Shown here in pieces: positions 45,865 to 55,549 of a DNA stretch of 64,000 bases. The translations under genes were made by a program, and so were the position numbers. Source of the stretch: Actinomycetales bacterium (GTDB lineage: Bacteria > Actinomycetota > Actinomycetes > Actinomycetales > CAVURS01). Position 1 is the stretch's first letter; every line of letters begins with the position of its first letter. The notes under the pieces were generated by a model. That model saw only the letters and a list, made by a program, of their open reading frames with translations. It had not been told where the DNA came from and made no database searches. Where the stretch lies: NCBI GenBank assembly GCA_045807245.1, contig JBJMHS010000032.1, positions 1 to 64,000 of the forward strand, read 5' to 3'.

Positions 45865-46280
45865 ACCAGGCTCAGGTCGTCGTGCGGGAACCCGCCTTCG
45901 GGCCACTGCTGGAGCAGCCAGGAGTTGCCGTCGGGGTCCTCGAACCGGCAGTACAGGCAGCCGCCGAGGTTCTGTACCTCGCCGAGCTCGACCCCGCGGT
46001 CGGCCAGCCCCTTGGTCGCCACGTCCATGTCGGCGACAACCAGGTGAAGCCCCTTCTGGACGCCGACTGGCATGTCGCTGATCTCGGGGATGTTGCGGCC
46101 CAGCAGGACCGCGCAGCCCGAGCCCGGAGGGCAGATCTGCACGATCCGCATGTCGTCCATCTGGACGTGGTCGGTGAGTAGCCGCCACCCGCACTTGTCC
46201 ACGTAGAAGTCACGGGCCCGGTCGACGTCGCTGACCGGCAGGTGGACGAGCTCGAGCCTCATCTCGACGGTGGTCGTCAT
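45861..46280 (-). CDS. VOC/glyoxalase family protein
   Basis: LPVSDVDRARDFY, PPGSGC, FEDPDGNSW. Confidence 0.88.
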   Translation of the reverse strand: MTTTVEMRLELVHLPVSDVDRARDFYVDKCGWRLLTDHVQMDDMRIVQICPPGSGCAVLLGRNIPEISDMPVGVQKGLHLVVADMDVATKGLADRGVELGEVQNLGGCLYCRFEDPDGNSWLLQQWPEGGFPHDDLSLV

Positions 46281-46302
46281 CTGGTCCCACTCCTTCGTTA
46301 GC

Positions 46303-46332
46303 AAACCATTTAGTTTCGGAACTGATCGGTTT
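46303..46332. promoter_or_regulatory. Imperfect palindrome, candidate ArsR operator
   Basis: AAACCATTTAGTT-TCGG-AACTGATCGGTTT upstream of the VOC-ArsR-SRPBCC operon. Confidence 0.5.
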
Positions 46333-46404
46333 TCTACATGAGCCTTAGGCCTCCTGTCAAGCGCGGGGCACCGAGCACAGGGTCAGGGCCCTACGGTGTC
46401 GACC

Positions 46405-47481
46405 ATGAATGTCACGGTGGTCGGTTCAGGCAACGGTGGTCTCGCGACCGCCTTCGACTTCGCGTTCCACGGCCACACGGTGCGGCTCTTCGACAGTCCT
46501 CACTTCCCCGACCACGTGGGCGACGTCGCGGCCGCCGGCGGGATCCACGCCATCGGTCAGATCGAGGGCTTCGCTGAGATCGCCTACTCCGGTCACGACG
46601 TCGAGGTTGCGTTCGAGGGGGCCGAGCTGGTCGTGCTCGTCGGCCCGGCGTACAGCACGGAGCAGCAGGCCGTAGCCGTGGCGCCGCACCTCTTGCCCGG
46701 GCAAGCGGTGTTGATCTGCCCGGCGTCGTGCGCGGGTGCGATCACGTTCAAGCGCACCGCCGGCCTGGCGCTCGATGACGAGACGATCACCGTGGGCGAG
46801 ACGAGCACACTGCCGTACGCGGTTCGTATCGTCGCGCCCGCACAGGTCAACGTGTTCCACAAGCTGGGTGCCGGTGTGTTCGTCGCCGGTCTCCCCCGTT
46901 CGGGAACGGATCGGCTGCTGTCGATGATCCAGGACGTCTACCCGGGGGCCCAGGCCGGCGACAGTGTCTTCCAGACGACTCTGCAGAACGGCAACCCGGT
47001 GATCCACCCGGCGGTGACTCTCCTCAACGCGGGCCCCATCGAGCGGACTGCCGGTGGGTTCCTGTTCTATGAGGAGGGCGTCACCGAGGCCGTCGGCAAG
47101 GCGATCGAGGCGGTCGACCGGGAGCGGATGGCCATTGCCGAAGCGCTGGGGGTGCCGGTGCTGTCCGAACCTGACCTTGGTGTCTTGCAGGGGTACATGC
47201 GTGAGGCGAACTACTCGACCGGCTACTCGACCGCCCCGGGCTTCCTCGGGATCAGCGCTCAGAGCCGGCTCGACAACCGGTACCTGACGGAGGACGTCGG
47301 CTACTCCCTGGTCTTCTTGACCGACCTAGCCGGCCGACTCGGCGTCGAGACGCCGACGATGGAGGCGCTGATCACGATGGCGTCCGTCGTACTGGGTCGG
47401 GACTTCCGCGTCGAGGCGGCCCGCACCCTGGCGACCCTAGGCCTCGACGACCTCAGCGCCGCTGACCTCGCCGCCCTCTGA
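46405..47481 (+). CDS. Octopine/nopaline (opine) dehydrogenase family protein
   Basis: VVGSGNGG Rossmann motif, ETSTLPYAVR, NGNPVIHP, RYLTEDV. Confidence 0.88.
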   Translation: MNVTVVGSGNGGLATAFDFAFHGHTVRLFDSPHFPDHVGDVAAAGGIHAIGQIEGFAEIAYSGHDVEVAFEGAELVVLVGPAYSTEQQAVAVAPHLLPGQAVLICPASCAGAITFKRTAGLALDDETITVGETSTLPYAVRIVAPAQVNVFHKLGAGVFVAGLPRSGTDRLLSMIQDVYPGAQAGDSVFQTTLQNGNPVIHPAVTLLNAGPIERTAGGFLFYEEGVTEAVGKAIEAVDRERMAIAEALGVPVLSEPDLGVLQGYMREANYSTGYSTAPGFLGISAQSRLDNRYLTEDVGYSLVFLTDLAGRLGVETPTMEALITMASVVLGRDFRVEAARTLATLGLDDLSAADLAAL

Positions 47482-47497
47482 GGACGCTCCAGATCGG

Positions 47498-47908
47498 CTA
47501 GTTGATGATCTCCCCGCGTTCATCTGCGCGGATCGCGGCCAGCCGGGCGCGCCAGGCCTGAAGTGCTTCGGGGGTCAGGCGCGGCCAGTCGTCCACCTCT
47601 CCGATGACCCTGAGGGGCTCCCTGCTGCGATAGGAGCGCGTGGGGTTGCCGGGAAACTTCTTGTCCGTCACGTTGGGGTCGTCCTCGAAGGGACCGGTGG
47701 GCTCGACCGCGTACACACGCGGAGCACCGTTACCCGGCGCGAGTTCGGCGGCGAGCCCGGCCCCGTCGAGCAGCGCGGTGAAGTAGATGTGGTTCATCAC
47801 GACTTCGGGCCGGTAGTTCGACGGAAAGCCTGAGATGAGCAGGTCGCCGATCCGCAGGTCAGCCTTGGTGCCATGGAAGAAGGAGCCCTCGTCCAACGCG
47901 TCACCCAC
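47498..47908 (-). CDS. arr: NAD(+)--rifampin ADP-ribosyltransferase
   Basis: FFHGTKADL, HIYFTA, AAEL, VEPTGPFEDDPNVTDKKFPGNPTRSYRS. Confidence 0.93.
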   Translation of the reverse strand: MGDALDEGSFFHGTKADLRIGDLLISGFPSNYRPEVVMNHIYFTALLDGAGLAAELAPGNGAPRVYAVEPTGPFEDDPNVTDKKFPGNPTRSYRSREPLRVIGEVDDWPRLTPEALQAWRARLAAIRADERGEIIN

Positions 47909-47914
47909 AGCCGT

Positions 47915-48286
47915 TCAGGCAGACACGTGGTGGCCGGCTTGGCGCAGCAGCTTGAACGCTTCGTCGGCCCGGTCGCGGGGGATCAGCACGATGTCGCCGT
48001 CGAAGCTGGCCGCAACCCAGACGGGCACATTGCCGGCTGCGAGGGGCGCCACGACCGCAGCCAACATGCCGGTCGCGTCCGGCGGGTGCGCTGCGTCGCC
48101 GTTCCACAGCGCCACCCAAGCATCGTCGGCCCCATCCCGTCGTCGCATGCATGCTCCGCCGTCCGGGCCGCGGACGACCGCGAGCACCTCACCGTCGCCG
48201 GCGACGTCAACCTCCGACGCTCCACGCTCCAGCACATAGTGGCCCTCCAGGAGCCGCAACGTCTGATGCTCACTCGCGATCGGCAT
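47915..48286 (-). CDS. Small ACT-domain protein
   Basis: TGMLAAVVAPLAAGNVPVWVAASFDGDIVLI; RBS GGAGG. Confidence 0.75.
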   Translation of the reverse strand: MPIASEHQTLRLLEGHYVLERGASEVDVAGDGEVLAVVRGPDGGACMRRRDGADDAWVALWNGDAAHPPDATGMLAAVVAPLAAGNVPVWVAASFDGDIVLIPRDRADEAFKLLRQAGHHVSA

Positions 48287-48419
48287 CAGCAGGCCTCCGC
48301 GATCGGCTCGAGGCCCGCAAGGACCACCTCTGCAGGAGCCAGCGCCAGGGGATGCGTCATCGCGACGATCATGCCGTAGTTCGACGCGCTGGCCGTCCCG
48401 TATGTGAGAACGTGAGCCG

Positions 48420-48926
48420 ATGACCGACGACGCCGTAGCTGTGGACCTGGCTGCGATGGCGCGCGACGTACTGGACGGCATCCGTTTCATGGTGCTCGGC
48501 ACCATCGACGACGACGGACGCGCCCGAACCTCGCCCGTCTATTTCGTTCCGCACCAATACGATGCGCTCTACTGGGTCTCCGATCCAAGGAGCCATCATT
48601 CACACAACCTGGCCCGCGACAACCGACTCAGCGCGGTGATCTTCGACTCCACCGTCACCCCCGGCCCCGACGCGCGAGCGGTCTACGTGACCGGGACCGC
48701 CGAAGAGATTCCGCCTGGCGAGCTCGTGCGCCACCTGCCCCATGCCTTCAACCCGGATCGTGGTGCCCCGGCGTTCACCACAGAAGAGCTGGCCGGCGAC
48801 GCGGACCGCCGCCTGTGGGTCATGCACGTCGACACCTGGGAGGTCCACATCCGCGGCAGCGACCCCACACTCGGCACCGGCACCGACCGTCGACTTCCCG
48901 TCGCGCTGAAGCACGTCGACAAGTGA
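48420..48926 (+). CDS. Pyridoxamine 5'-phosphate oxidase-like (split barrel) protein
   Basis: MVLGT...RTSPVYF, YWVS...HSHNL, VIFDS. Confidence 0.82.
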   Translation: MTDDAVAVDLAAMARDVLDGIRFMVLGTIDDDGRARTSPVYFVPHQYDALYWVSDPRSHHSHNLARDNRLSAVIFDSTVTPGPDARAVYVTGTAEEIPPGELVRHLPHAFNPDRGAPAFTTEELAGDADRRLWVMHVDTWEVHIRGSDPTLGTGTDRRLPVALKHVDK

Positions 48927-48943
48927 GTACGCCAAGAGGGAAG

Positions 48944-48978
48944 CGCAAGGGCCCGCCACAACGTGGCGGGCCCTTGCG
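48944..48978. terminator. Bidirectional hairpin terminator
   Basis: CGCAAGGGCCCGCCAC-AAC-GTGGCGGGCCCTTGCG, a perfect 16-bp stem between convergent genes. Confidence 0.75.
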
Positions 48979-48989
48979 ATCTTGCAGCG

Positions 48990-50735
48990 TTACGGCGTGG
49001 GGTCAGGGACCGTGACACCGAGGATGTCGGAGTTGCCGAATCGTGCCGGGCACGACGCCTCCACATCCGGTGCTGGCATCGAACCACCCGTCTCCACCGA
49101 GGCCCGGTAGGCCTGGATGGCGGGGCACACGCTGGCGCTGCTGGCGTCGTTCCAGACCGCGGTTCCGTAGGTCCGGGTGGCCGCGGCGTATACGTAGTCG
49201 CCCAGGAACTCCGCCGTCAGGCCGTTCTGGCTCGTGCCACGAGGATCGCCGGAGGGTCCCCGGTTCACCTCTGTGAAGGCCCCGACGCCACCGCCGCCGA
49301 CGTCAGCGTGCAGCAACACTCCGGTGAGTGCACGGGGGGCCGTCGTGTTGCTGCGGTATGGCGTCGTGAACGCGTTGTAGACGACGTACACGTCGGTGCC
49401 GTTCGGCGAGATCGCCGGAGCCGTGTACACCGGCCGGTCCCCGCTGCTCTCGATCGCCCGTGGACCGCTCCAGCTCGTGCCTCCGTTGTCGGACGTCATG
49501 AACAGCAGATGCTCGTGGTTGAGACCTTGGCGGCCGTCAGCCCACGAGAGCACGATCCGATCGGTGGCATCGGCCCCTGACGGTGCGCCGTTGGCGATGT
49601 CGACGCTGGGACCCGCGGCCAGGTCGACCCGCGCACCAGCGATGCCGTCCATCACCGGCCGCCCGAGGGCAGGGTCGAAGACGCCAGGGGACACGGCCGG
49701 AGCGACCAGCTGGATGCGGCCGAAGTGGGCGCCTCCGTCAGTGGACTTGTACATGGCCTCGAACTCTGACCCGCCTCGAGCCGCGATGCCGAAGACATAG
49801 ACGTTGCCGTGGCTGTCGGTACGGACCGTGCAGCCGTCCGGCTGCTGGTTGTTGCCGTTGTCCGTGGCCGGGCCGACCTGGTGGACGGTCCAGGTCACGC
49901 CTCCGTCGCTGGACCGACCAACGATCAGGGGCGTGGGGAGGGCCTGCCCGTGGGAGTTGCTCCGGAACGACGCCCAGCATGCGTAGACGTTGCCGAAGAA
50001 GGGACTGCTCGCTGCGTTGTCCGCCCAGATCTGCTCCTTGTCGGAGAAGGTGGTCGACGACTGCCGCGACACCAGCACCGGCTGCGACCAGGCGGACGCG
50101 CTGCCGGCCGCTGCCGCCGCAACGTTGTCGGTGTGCGACACCGCGATGGCCTCCACGCCGCGGAAAGTCTGGTCCGTGCGGGTAGCGGCGAAGTTCGAGG
50201 TCAAGTTCGCGTAGTAGAGCCGCGAGCCGTTCGTCCAGGAGAAGCGGCCGTCCGTGCCACGCCGGGGTCCGAAGGCAAGCGCCGGGTCTCCATCGGCGAC
50301 CAGGCCGTTCTCGAAGTAGTGGGGCAGGGTGCCGATCGGGCCCACGTGCGGGACGCATTCAGCGGGACCGAGGCAGTCCCGCGCAGTCCATCCGGTGTAT
50401 GTGGGTTGCGTCCAGGAGGCTCCGGAGTTGAAGGAGAAGTAGATCCCGGAGACGCCGACGCCTTGGGTGAACGGGCACGTGCTCGGATCTCCGGCTGCGC
50501 AGGCCTCCATGTCGATCTCTTCGTTGGCCCCTGCGGCCAGGACGTTCGGATGGTTGGCGTCGACCGCTACCGCTGGCTCGTTCTGCTTGTTCTGAGAGAA
50601 GGGCGAAGGTGGACTGCCTACCGAGACGAGCGGGTCGGCGGGAGCGGCCTGCGCATACTGCGAAGCCGCTCCACCCAGCGCCAACGCGAGAGTACCGATT
50701 GTTAGGCCCGCCAACATCTTTCGATGCGTTCGCAT
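48990..50735 (-). CDS. Secreted BNR/Asp-box beta-propeller (sialidase-like) protein
   Basis: Signal peptide ending AQA; Asp-boxes SFNSGASW, SSDGGVTW, STDGGAHF, SDNGGTSW; FLGDY. Confidence 0.8.
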   Translation of the reverse strand: MRTHRKMLAGLTIGTLALALGGAASQYAQAAPADPLVSVGSPPSPFSQNKQNEPAVAVDANHPNVLAAGANEEIDMEACAAGDPSTCPFTQGVGVSGIYFSFNSGASWTQPTYTGWTARDCLGPAECVPHVGPIGTLPHYFENGLVADGDPALAFGPRRGTDGRFSWTNGSRLYYANLTSNFAATRTDQTFRGVEAIAVSHTDNVAAAAAGSASAWSQPVLVSRQSSTTFSDKEQIWADNAASSPFFGNVYACWASFRSNSHGQALPTPLIVGRSSDGGVTWTVHQVGPATDNGNNQQPDGCTVRTDSHGNVYVFGIAARGGSEFEAMYKSTDGGAHFGRIQLVAPAVSPGVFDPALGRPVMDGIAGARVDLAAGPSVDIANGAPSGADATDRIVLSWADGRQGLNHEHLLFMTSDNGGTSWSGPRAIESSGDRPVYTAPAISPNGTDVYVVYNAFTTPYRSNTTAPRALTGVLLHADVGGGGVGAFTEVNRGPSGDPRGTSQNGLTAEFLGDYVYAAATRTYGTAVWNDASSASVCPAIQAYRASVETGGSMPAPDVEASCPARFGNSDILGVTVPDPTP

Positions 50736-50914
50736 CTCATCCTCCACGGTGGGTCGCACCGTCGTTCTCCGAGCGAGAACGGCCAATGCAGGAAGTGAAA
50801 TGCCGCCGTCGCCTCCTGTCCAGCCCGGTCACTCAGCGTGGCGGAGCCATGGCCGCACAGTGACGGCAGCCGACTGACGTGCGCGAGGTGCTGCGCACGC
50901 GCCGCGCCCGCGGA

Positions 50915-52444
50915 TCAGAGGTCGTTGCCGGCGTAGGAAAGGTTGAAGCTCTTATTCACGAGGGGGAAGTCGGGCACGATCGTGTCGGCCAGCGCGACCG
51001 GCAGCGCCGGCCAGTTGAACCAGGACGGGTCGACGACCTTGGCTCGGCTGATCCGGCCGTCGGCGTCTATCTCCACCCGATGAACGATCGTGCCGCGCCA
51101 TCCTTCGACGATGCCTACACCGCTGCGAACGGAGATCGGCCGTCCTGTCGTGGATCGGCTGTGGGGAGGTTCCAGGGTGGAGGCGAGTGGACCGTCGGTG
51201 TGGTCGATGAGGTGGCAGGCCAGGTCGACCGATGCGGCGAACTCGTCCCGCCGCAGGGTGTAGCGCGCCAGGACATCGCCCTGCGTCGCGACGATCGACC
51301 GCACCGGCAGGCTGGTGGCTGGGTGGTCGATGCGCGCGTCTGTGGTGAGCCCGCTGGCCCGGGCCACGTAGCCCAGGCACCCGAGGTTGCTGGCGTCGGC
51401 GCGGTCCAGGATGGCGGTGCCCGTGAAGCGGTCCCGCACGATGCTGTTGCCCAAGGTCAGGTCGGCGATGTCGGCGAGGTCGTCACCGATGTACCTGAGC
51501 CCAGAAACGCCGGGAAGTGTACGCAGCCGGACGCCTCCCGGATGAATGCCGTCGCGGAGCAGGCGGTGCCCGGTGACCGCATCGTTGGTCCGCAGCAGCT
51601 CTTCCCGGATGCGCTGGGCGTGCGCGTTGGCCAAGCCGAAGCCGACATCGTTGGCCAGCGCACCGAGGTCAGCGGCGTGGTTGTAGAGGCGTTCGAGCTC
51701 GACCAGCAGGCAACGCAGCCGGTGGACGTGATCGGGCACGGTGATCCCGAGGGCGTCCTCGACCGCCAAGGTGTGGGCCAGGGCGTGGGCGGCCGCGGAG
51801 TCACCGCTGATCCGTTCGGCCAGGGCAACACCGGCCATGGCGGGCCGTCCTTCGAAGAGCTTCTCGATGCCCCGATGAACGAACCACAGCCGGGCCTTGA
51901 GCTTGATGATGGTCTCGCCGACCACGGAGAACCTGAAGTGGCCGGGTTCGATGATGCCGGCATGGACCGGACCGACGGGTATCTCGTAGACGCCCGGCCC
52001 CTCGACGGTCACGAACGGATAGCCGTCCGACTCGGTGAACTCCCCCACGGTTCCGGCGTCGCGACGCATCGGGTGCCAGTGCTCGGGCCAGTGGGCGTGG
52101 CGGACGAGCCGGCGCGGTGCGGGGTGCCCGGTTGGCGAGATGTCGAAGAGGTCGGCCATCTCGCGCTCGAAGCGGCCGGCGGGGAACGACTGGTCGGCCA
52201 ACGACGGCAGCCGCGGGTCGCCCGACGGGACAAGGACTTCGAGCTCGACGCGCCGCTCCGGGGCGCCCGCGAGGAAGAGATAGACGACCCGCAGGTGTGG
52301 TCCGTCGTCGTGGGCAGCGACCAGTGCGAGCCGGAAGCCTGCGGCGAGAAGGGCGCCCGCGTCGTCCTTCAGCTCGGTGGTGGAGGCGGTGCGTCTCACC
52401 CGATGAGTGCCGGCGACATCGCCGCCCGTGAAGGTGGACGTCAT
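50915..52444 (-). CDS. hycE: HycE/NuoCD-like large subunit without Ni-binding Cys (Ehr type)
   Basis: FEREMADLF, VGPVHAGIIEPGHFRF, HRGIEK, ERISGD, EGWRG, NKSFNLSYAGNDL. Confidence 0.88.
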   Translation of the reverse strand: MTSTFTGGDVAGTHRVRRTASTTELKDDAGALLAAGFRLALVAAHDDGPHLRVVYLFLAGAPERRVELEVLVPSGDPRLPSLADQSFPAGRFEREMADLFDISPTGHPAPRRLVRHAHWPEHWHPMRRDAGTVGEFTESDGYPFVTVEGPGVYEIPVGPVHAGIIEPGHFRFSVVGETIIKLKARLWFVHRGIEKLFEGRPAMAGVALAERISGDSAAAHALAHTLAVEDALGITVPDHVHRLRCLLVELERLYNHAADLGALANDVGFGLANAHAQRIREELLRTNDAVTGHRLLRDGIHPGGVRLRTLPGVSGLRYIGDDLADIADLTLGNSIVRDRFTGTAILDRADASNLGCLGYVARASGLTTDARIDHPATSLPVRSIVATQGDVLARYTLRRDEFAASVDLACHLIDHTDGPLASTLEPPHSRSTTGRPISVRSGVGIVEGWRGTIVHRVEIDADGRISRAKVVDPSWFNWPALPVALADTIVPDFPLVNKSFNLSYAGNDL

Positions 52445-53907
52445 CCGGTGGCCCCAAGAACTGTCGCGGCATCTCGGAACAGTCCGGCGAGCGGTCCGGC
52501 CGTGACGCCAAGGGCCAGGCAGGCGATGCTGCCGGTCATGAGGGCGCCGCGCACGCTGGCGGGCAGCGCGAAACCCGCAGCCTCCGGCTCGGCCTGACCG
52601 AGCAGGATCCGGCTGCTCTTGTACGCGATCGCAGCGAAGGCGACGAGCATCAGCACCAGCGCGACGCCCAACGGCCAGGCCAGGTGGGCGTCAGCCAGGC
52701 CATGGGCGATGGAGAGCTCGCTGGCGAACATCGCGAAGGGCGGGAAGCCGAGTAGCACCAGCACGGCGGTCGCGAACGCCGCGCCCAACAGGCGCGAGCG
52801 CGGCAGGACGGCGGTGAAGTCCCGGATGCTCGTCGAGTCGTGGGTCGCCTGCAGCTGGCCGGCCGACAGGAAGGCGACGCTCTTGGCGACTCCGTGCCCG
52901 AGAACGTGCAGGAGAAGCGCGGCGACCGCCAACCGGGTGCCCGCGGCTGCCGCGATGGCGACCAGGGCCATGTTCTCCATCGAGGAGTAGGCAAGCATTC
53001 GTTTGAGGTCGCGCTGGATGACGAGCAGGGATGCCGACACGAGCAGCGTGAGCAGGCCGACGGTGAGCAGGCCGACCTGCAGGAAGCCCGGCCCGATGGC
53101 TACGTCGACGACGGCCTTCACCCGTAGCAAGGCAGTGAAGGCGACCGCGAGCAGCACCCCGCTCATCAGCGCCGAGACCGGCGCCGGGGCTTGGCTGTGG
53201 GCATCGGCGAGCCAGGTGTGGAAGGGCACGAGGCCGGCCTTGGCGCCGTACCCGATCAGCAGGAGGCCGGCGGCCATCCGGGTCACCGCGGGGTCGAGGT
53301 TCTCGCCGTTTGAGAGCAGGACGTTGAAGTCGAGCGCGGACGCTCCACCCCCGGCATGGCGCGAGGCGAAGTACAGCAGCACGGTGCCGAGGAAGGCGAG
53401 GCTGATCCCGGTGGAGCAGATGATGACGTACTTCCAGGTCGCCTCCAACGCCGCCCGGCTGCGCCGATGGCCGACGAGGAACGCCGTGGCGACCGTGGTC
53501 GCTTCGATGGCCACCCAGACGATTCCGAGGTTGTTGGCCAGCACGGCCAGGGTGATCGCGGCCAAGAAGGCGCCGAACAGCGCTCCGTACCGGCGGGCGC
53601 CGCGGCTGTCCGTGTGGCCGTGTTCGAGCTCGGTGCCGATGTAGCCGACGCTGGCCCAGCTGGTCAGGACGCCGACCGCTCCGACCACGATGAGCATGGT
53701 GACGCTTAAGGCGTCGGCGCGCAGGAGATGTCCGGCCCCGAACTGGGTGTGCGACTGGCCTCGTAGCCCCAGGATGAGCCCACAAACGAGGTCAATGGCG
53801 GCCGCCAGCACAAGACCCCCGGTGGTCAGCGGCCGCCAGCCCACGACCGCGATCAGGCCGGCCGCGGCGGCCGGGGCGATGATCGGCGCGAGCAGAAGCA
53901 GGGTCAT
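52441..53907 (-). CDS. hyfF: HyfF/HycQ-like antiporter-like subunit
   Basis: WVAIEATT, EATWKY, KAGLVPFHTWLADAHSQAP, KRMLAYSS. Confidence 0.88.
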   Translation of the reverse strand: MTLLLLAPIIAPAAAAGLIAVVGWRPLTTGGLVLAAAIDLVCGLILGLRGQSHTQFGAGHLLRADALSVTMLIVVGAVGVLTSWASVGYIGTELEHGHTDSRGARRYGALFGAFLAAITLAVLANNLGIVWVAIEATTVATAFLVGHRRSRAALEATWKYVIICSTGISLAFLGTVLLYFASRHAGGGASALDFNVLLSNGENLDPAVTRMAAGLLLIGYGAKAGLVPFHTWLADAHSQAPAPVSALMSGVLLAVAFTALLRVKAVVDVAIGPGFLQVGLLTVGLLTLLVSASLLVIQRDLKRMLAYSSMENMALVAIAAAAGTRLAVAALLLHVLGHGVAKSVAFLSAGQLQATHDSTSIRDFTAVLPRSRLLGAAFATAVLVLLGFPPFAMFASELSIAHGLADAHLAWPLGVALVLMLVAFAAIAYKSSRILLGQAEPEAAGFALPASVRGALMTGSIACLALGVTAGPLAGLFRDAATVLGATG

Positions 53908-54587
53908 CAGTCCTGCAGCTCTCTGAGCTGGTCGAGATCGGTGTCGCCGTACAGATGTCGGACGCGACCCGTCAGCACGCCGAGGATGAGGACCGCGAAC
54001 AAGACGTCAAGGGAGGCGCCGAGCTCGACGATGACCGGTACGCCGGCCGTCGTGAGGAAGGCGACGGCCGCGATGCCGTTGTCGAGCATCAGGAAGCCGA
54101 CGGCCTGGGAGAGCGCGCGCCTGCGGATGACCATCACGAACATCGCGATCAAGACGACCGCGAACGCGGCCGGGACGGCGCGGGTCGCCGGGGTGGGCTC
54201 GAGGTCGACCACGGGCTGACTTATGGCGAAAGCGGTCACCGTCAGGGCCGCCACGAACAACAAGGAGGCCGTCGTATTGACGAAGGGGGTGCTCTCCCGG
54301 TTCTCGACCGCCTCCGAACCGACAGCACGGGCCAGGAGCCAGGGCAGCAACACCATCCGCAGCGTGACCACCGCAAGACCGACGAGGACCAGAGCCACGT
54401 TGCGCTGGTCGACGCCCTCGGCAATCGGCAGCGCCGCCAGCGCGAGGCCCTGCACGGCGAGCATCTGCACCATGGAGCGCAGCTCCCGGCGCCACACGAT
54501 CCCGACCGCCGCCAGCAACAAGGCGCCCGCCGCGAGGTCGAGCACGGCGCCGTACGCGCCTGGGCTCATGACTGTCTCACCGCTCAC
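53907..54587 (-). CDS. hyfE: HyfE/HycP-like membrane subunit
   Basis: Multi-[26 protein letters not shown] overlaps the hycD stop (alternative ATG at 54569). Confidence 0.82.
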   Translation of the reverse strand: MSGETVMSPGAYGAVLDLAAGALLLAAVGIVWRRELRSMVQMLAVQGLALAALPIAEGVDQRNVALVLVGLAVVTLRMVLLPWLLARAVGSEAVENRESTPFVNTTASLLFVAALTVTAFAISQPVVDLEPTPATRAVPAAFAVVLIAMFVMVIRRRALSQAVGFLMLDNGIAAVAFLTTAGVPVIVELGASLDVLFAVLILGVLTGRVRHLYGDTDLDQLRELQD

Positions 54588-55549
54588 CCGACCGCGGGGA
54601 CAAGGAAGTACGACATCGTCACGGCGAGCAGAGCGAGCAGGAAGGAACCGGCCAGCAGCTCGGGCACGCGGAACAGGCGCAGCTTGGCCATCAAGACTTC
54701 GCCGACGGCAAGGAGTGTGGCCAGGCCCATCACCTTGAGCACCAGCGCGGCGAAGGCCAGGACGACGCCAATGACGCCCGGATGCGGGCCGGCGATGGGC
54801 CACGGCACGAACAGGTTCGCCAACAACGCGAGCAGAACGGTCAGGCGCATCGCGCCGGCGAGTTCGAGCAAAGCCAGCCGGGGACCTGAGTACTCCAGCA
54901 CCATCGCCTCGTGCAGCATGGTCAGCTCCAGGTGGGTGCTGGGGTTGTCCACCGGAAGGCGACCGGTCTCGGCGATGATCACGACGGCCAGGGCCGCGAA
55001 CGCGAGCAGGCCGGACGGGGACAAGACCTGGTCAGGACGGTGGACGGTGGTGTCGACGATGACGGCCAGGTTGGACGAGCCGGCCGGGATGGACAGCGCG
55101 AACCCGGCCAGCAGGATGGTCGGCTCGACGAGCGCGGCGACGGTGAGCTCCCGGCTTGCACCCATCCCCCCGAACGCGGTGCCGGTGTCCAGGCCGGCCA
55201 ACGCCAGCGCGACAGTGCCCAGGAAGAGCAGGCCGACGACGGCGAACAGGTCCGCGGCGGGGTCCAGCGGAGAGCCAGTCGTGGCGAGCGGCGCGATCGC
55301 AGCGATCAGCACGACGCTCCCGACGACGACCAGCGGGGCCAGCGCGAACACCGCCGTCGTGCCCGACGGGGTCACCTCTTGTTTGCGGAGCTGCTTGCGC
55401 AGGTCCCGCCACGGCTGCCCGACACCGGCCCCGGCGCGCCCCTCCAGTCGGGCCCGGACCTGGCGCATCGCACCTACGACCAGGGGCGCGACCACGACGA
55501 CGAACGCCACCTGCAGTCCGGTGGCCACGGTCGCGACGGCGCTGTTCAT
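54584..55549 (-). CDS. hycD: HycD/HyfC (NuoH-like) membrane subunit
   Basis: [45 protein letters not shown]. Confidence 0.9.
   Translation of the reverse strand: MNSAVATVATGLQVAFVVVVAPLVVGAMRQVRARLEGRAGAGVGQPWRDLRKQLRKQEVTPSGTTAVFALAPLVVVGSVVLIAAIAPLATTGSPLDPAADLFAVVGLLFLGTVALALAGLDTGTAFGGMGASRELTVAALVEPTILLAGFALSIPAGSSNLAVIVDTTVHRPDQVLSPSGLLAFAALAVVIIAETGRLPVDNPSTHLELTMLHEAMVLEYSGPRLALLELAGAMRLTVLLALLANLFVPWPIAGPHPGVIGVVLAFAALVLKVMGLATLLAVGEVLMAKLRLFRVPELLAGSFLLALLAVTMSYFLVPAVG

Noticed and set aside
46350..46374. TCCTG...GGGGCACCGA resembling the 3' end of tRNA-Arg (possible att remnant)
   Set aside because: Only 10 contiguous GC-rich bases match and there is no integrase; compatible with chance.
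48300..48330. GGTCCTTGCGG (minus strand) upstream of the ACT-arr genes as a rifamycin-associated element
   Set aside because: At best half of the palindrome; the second arm is missing.
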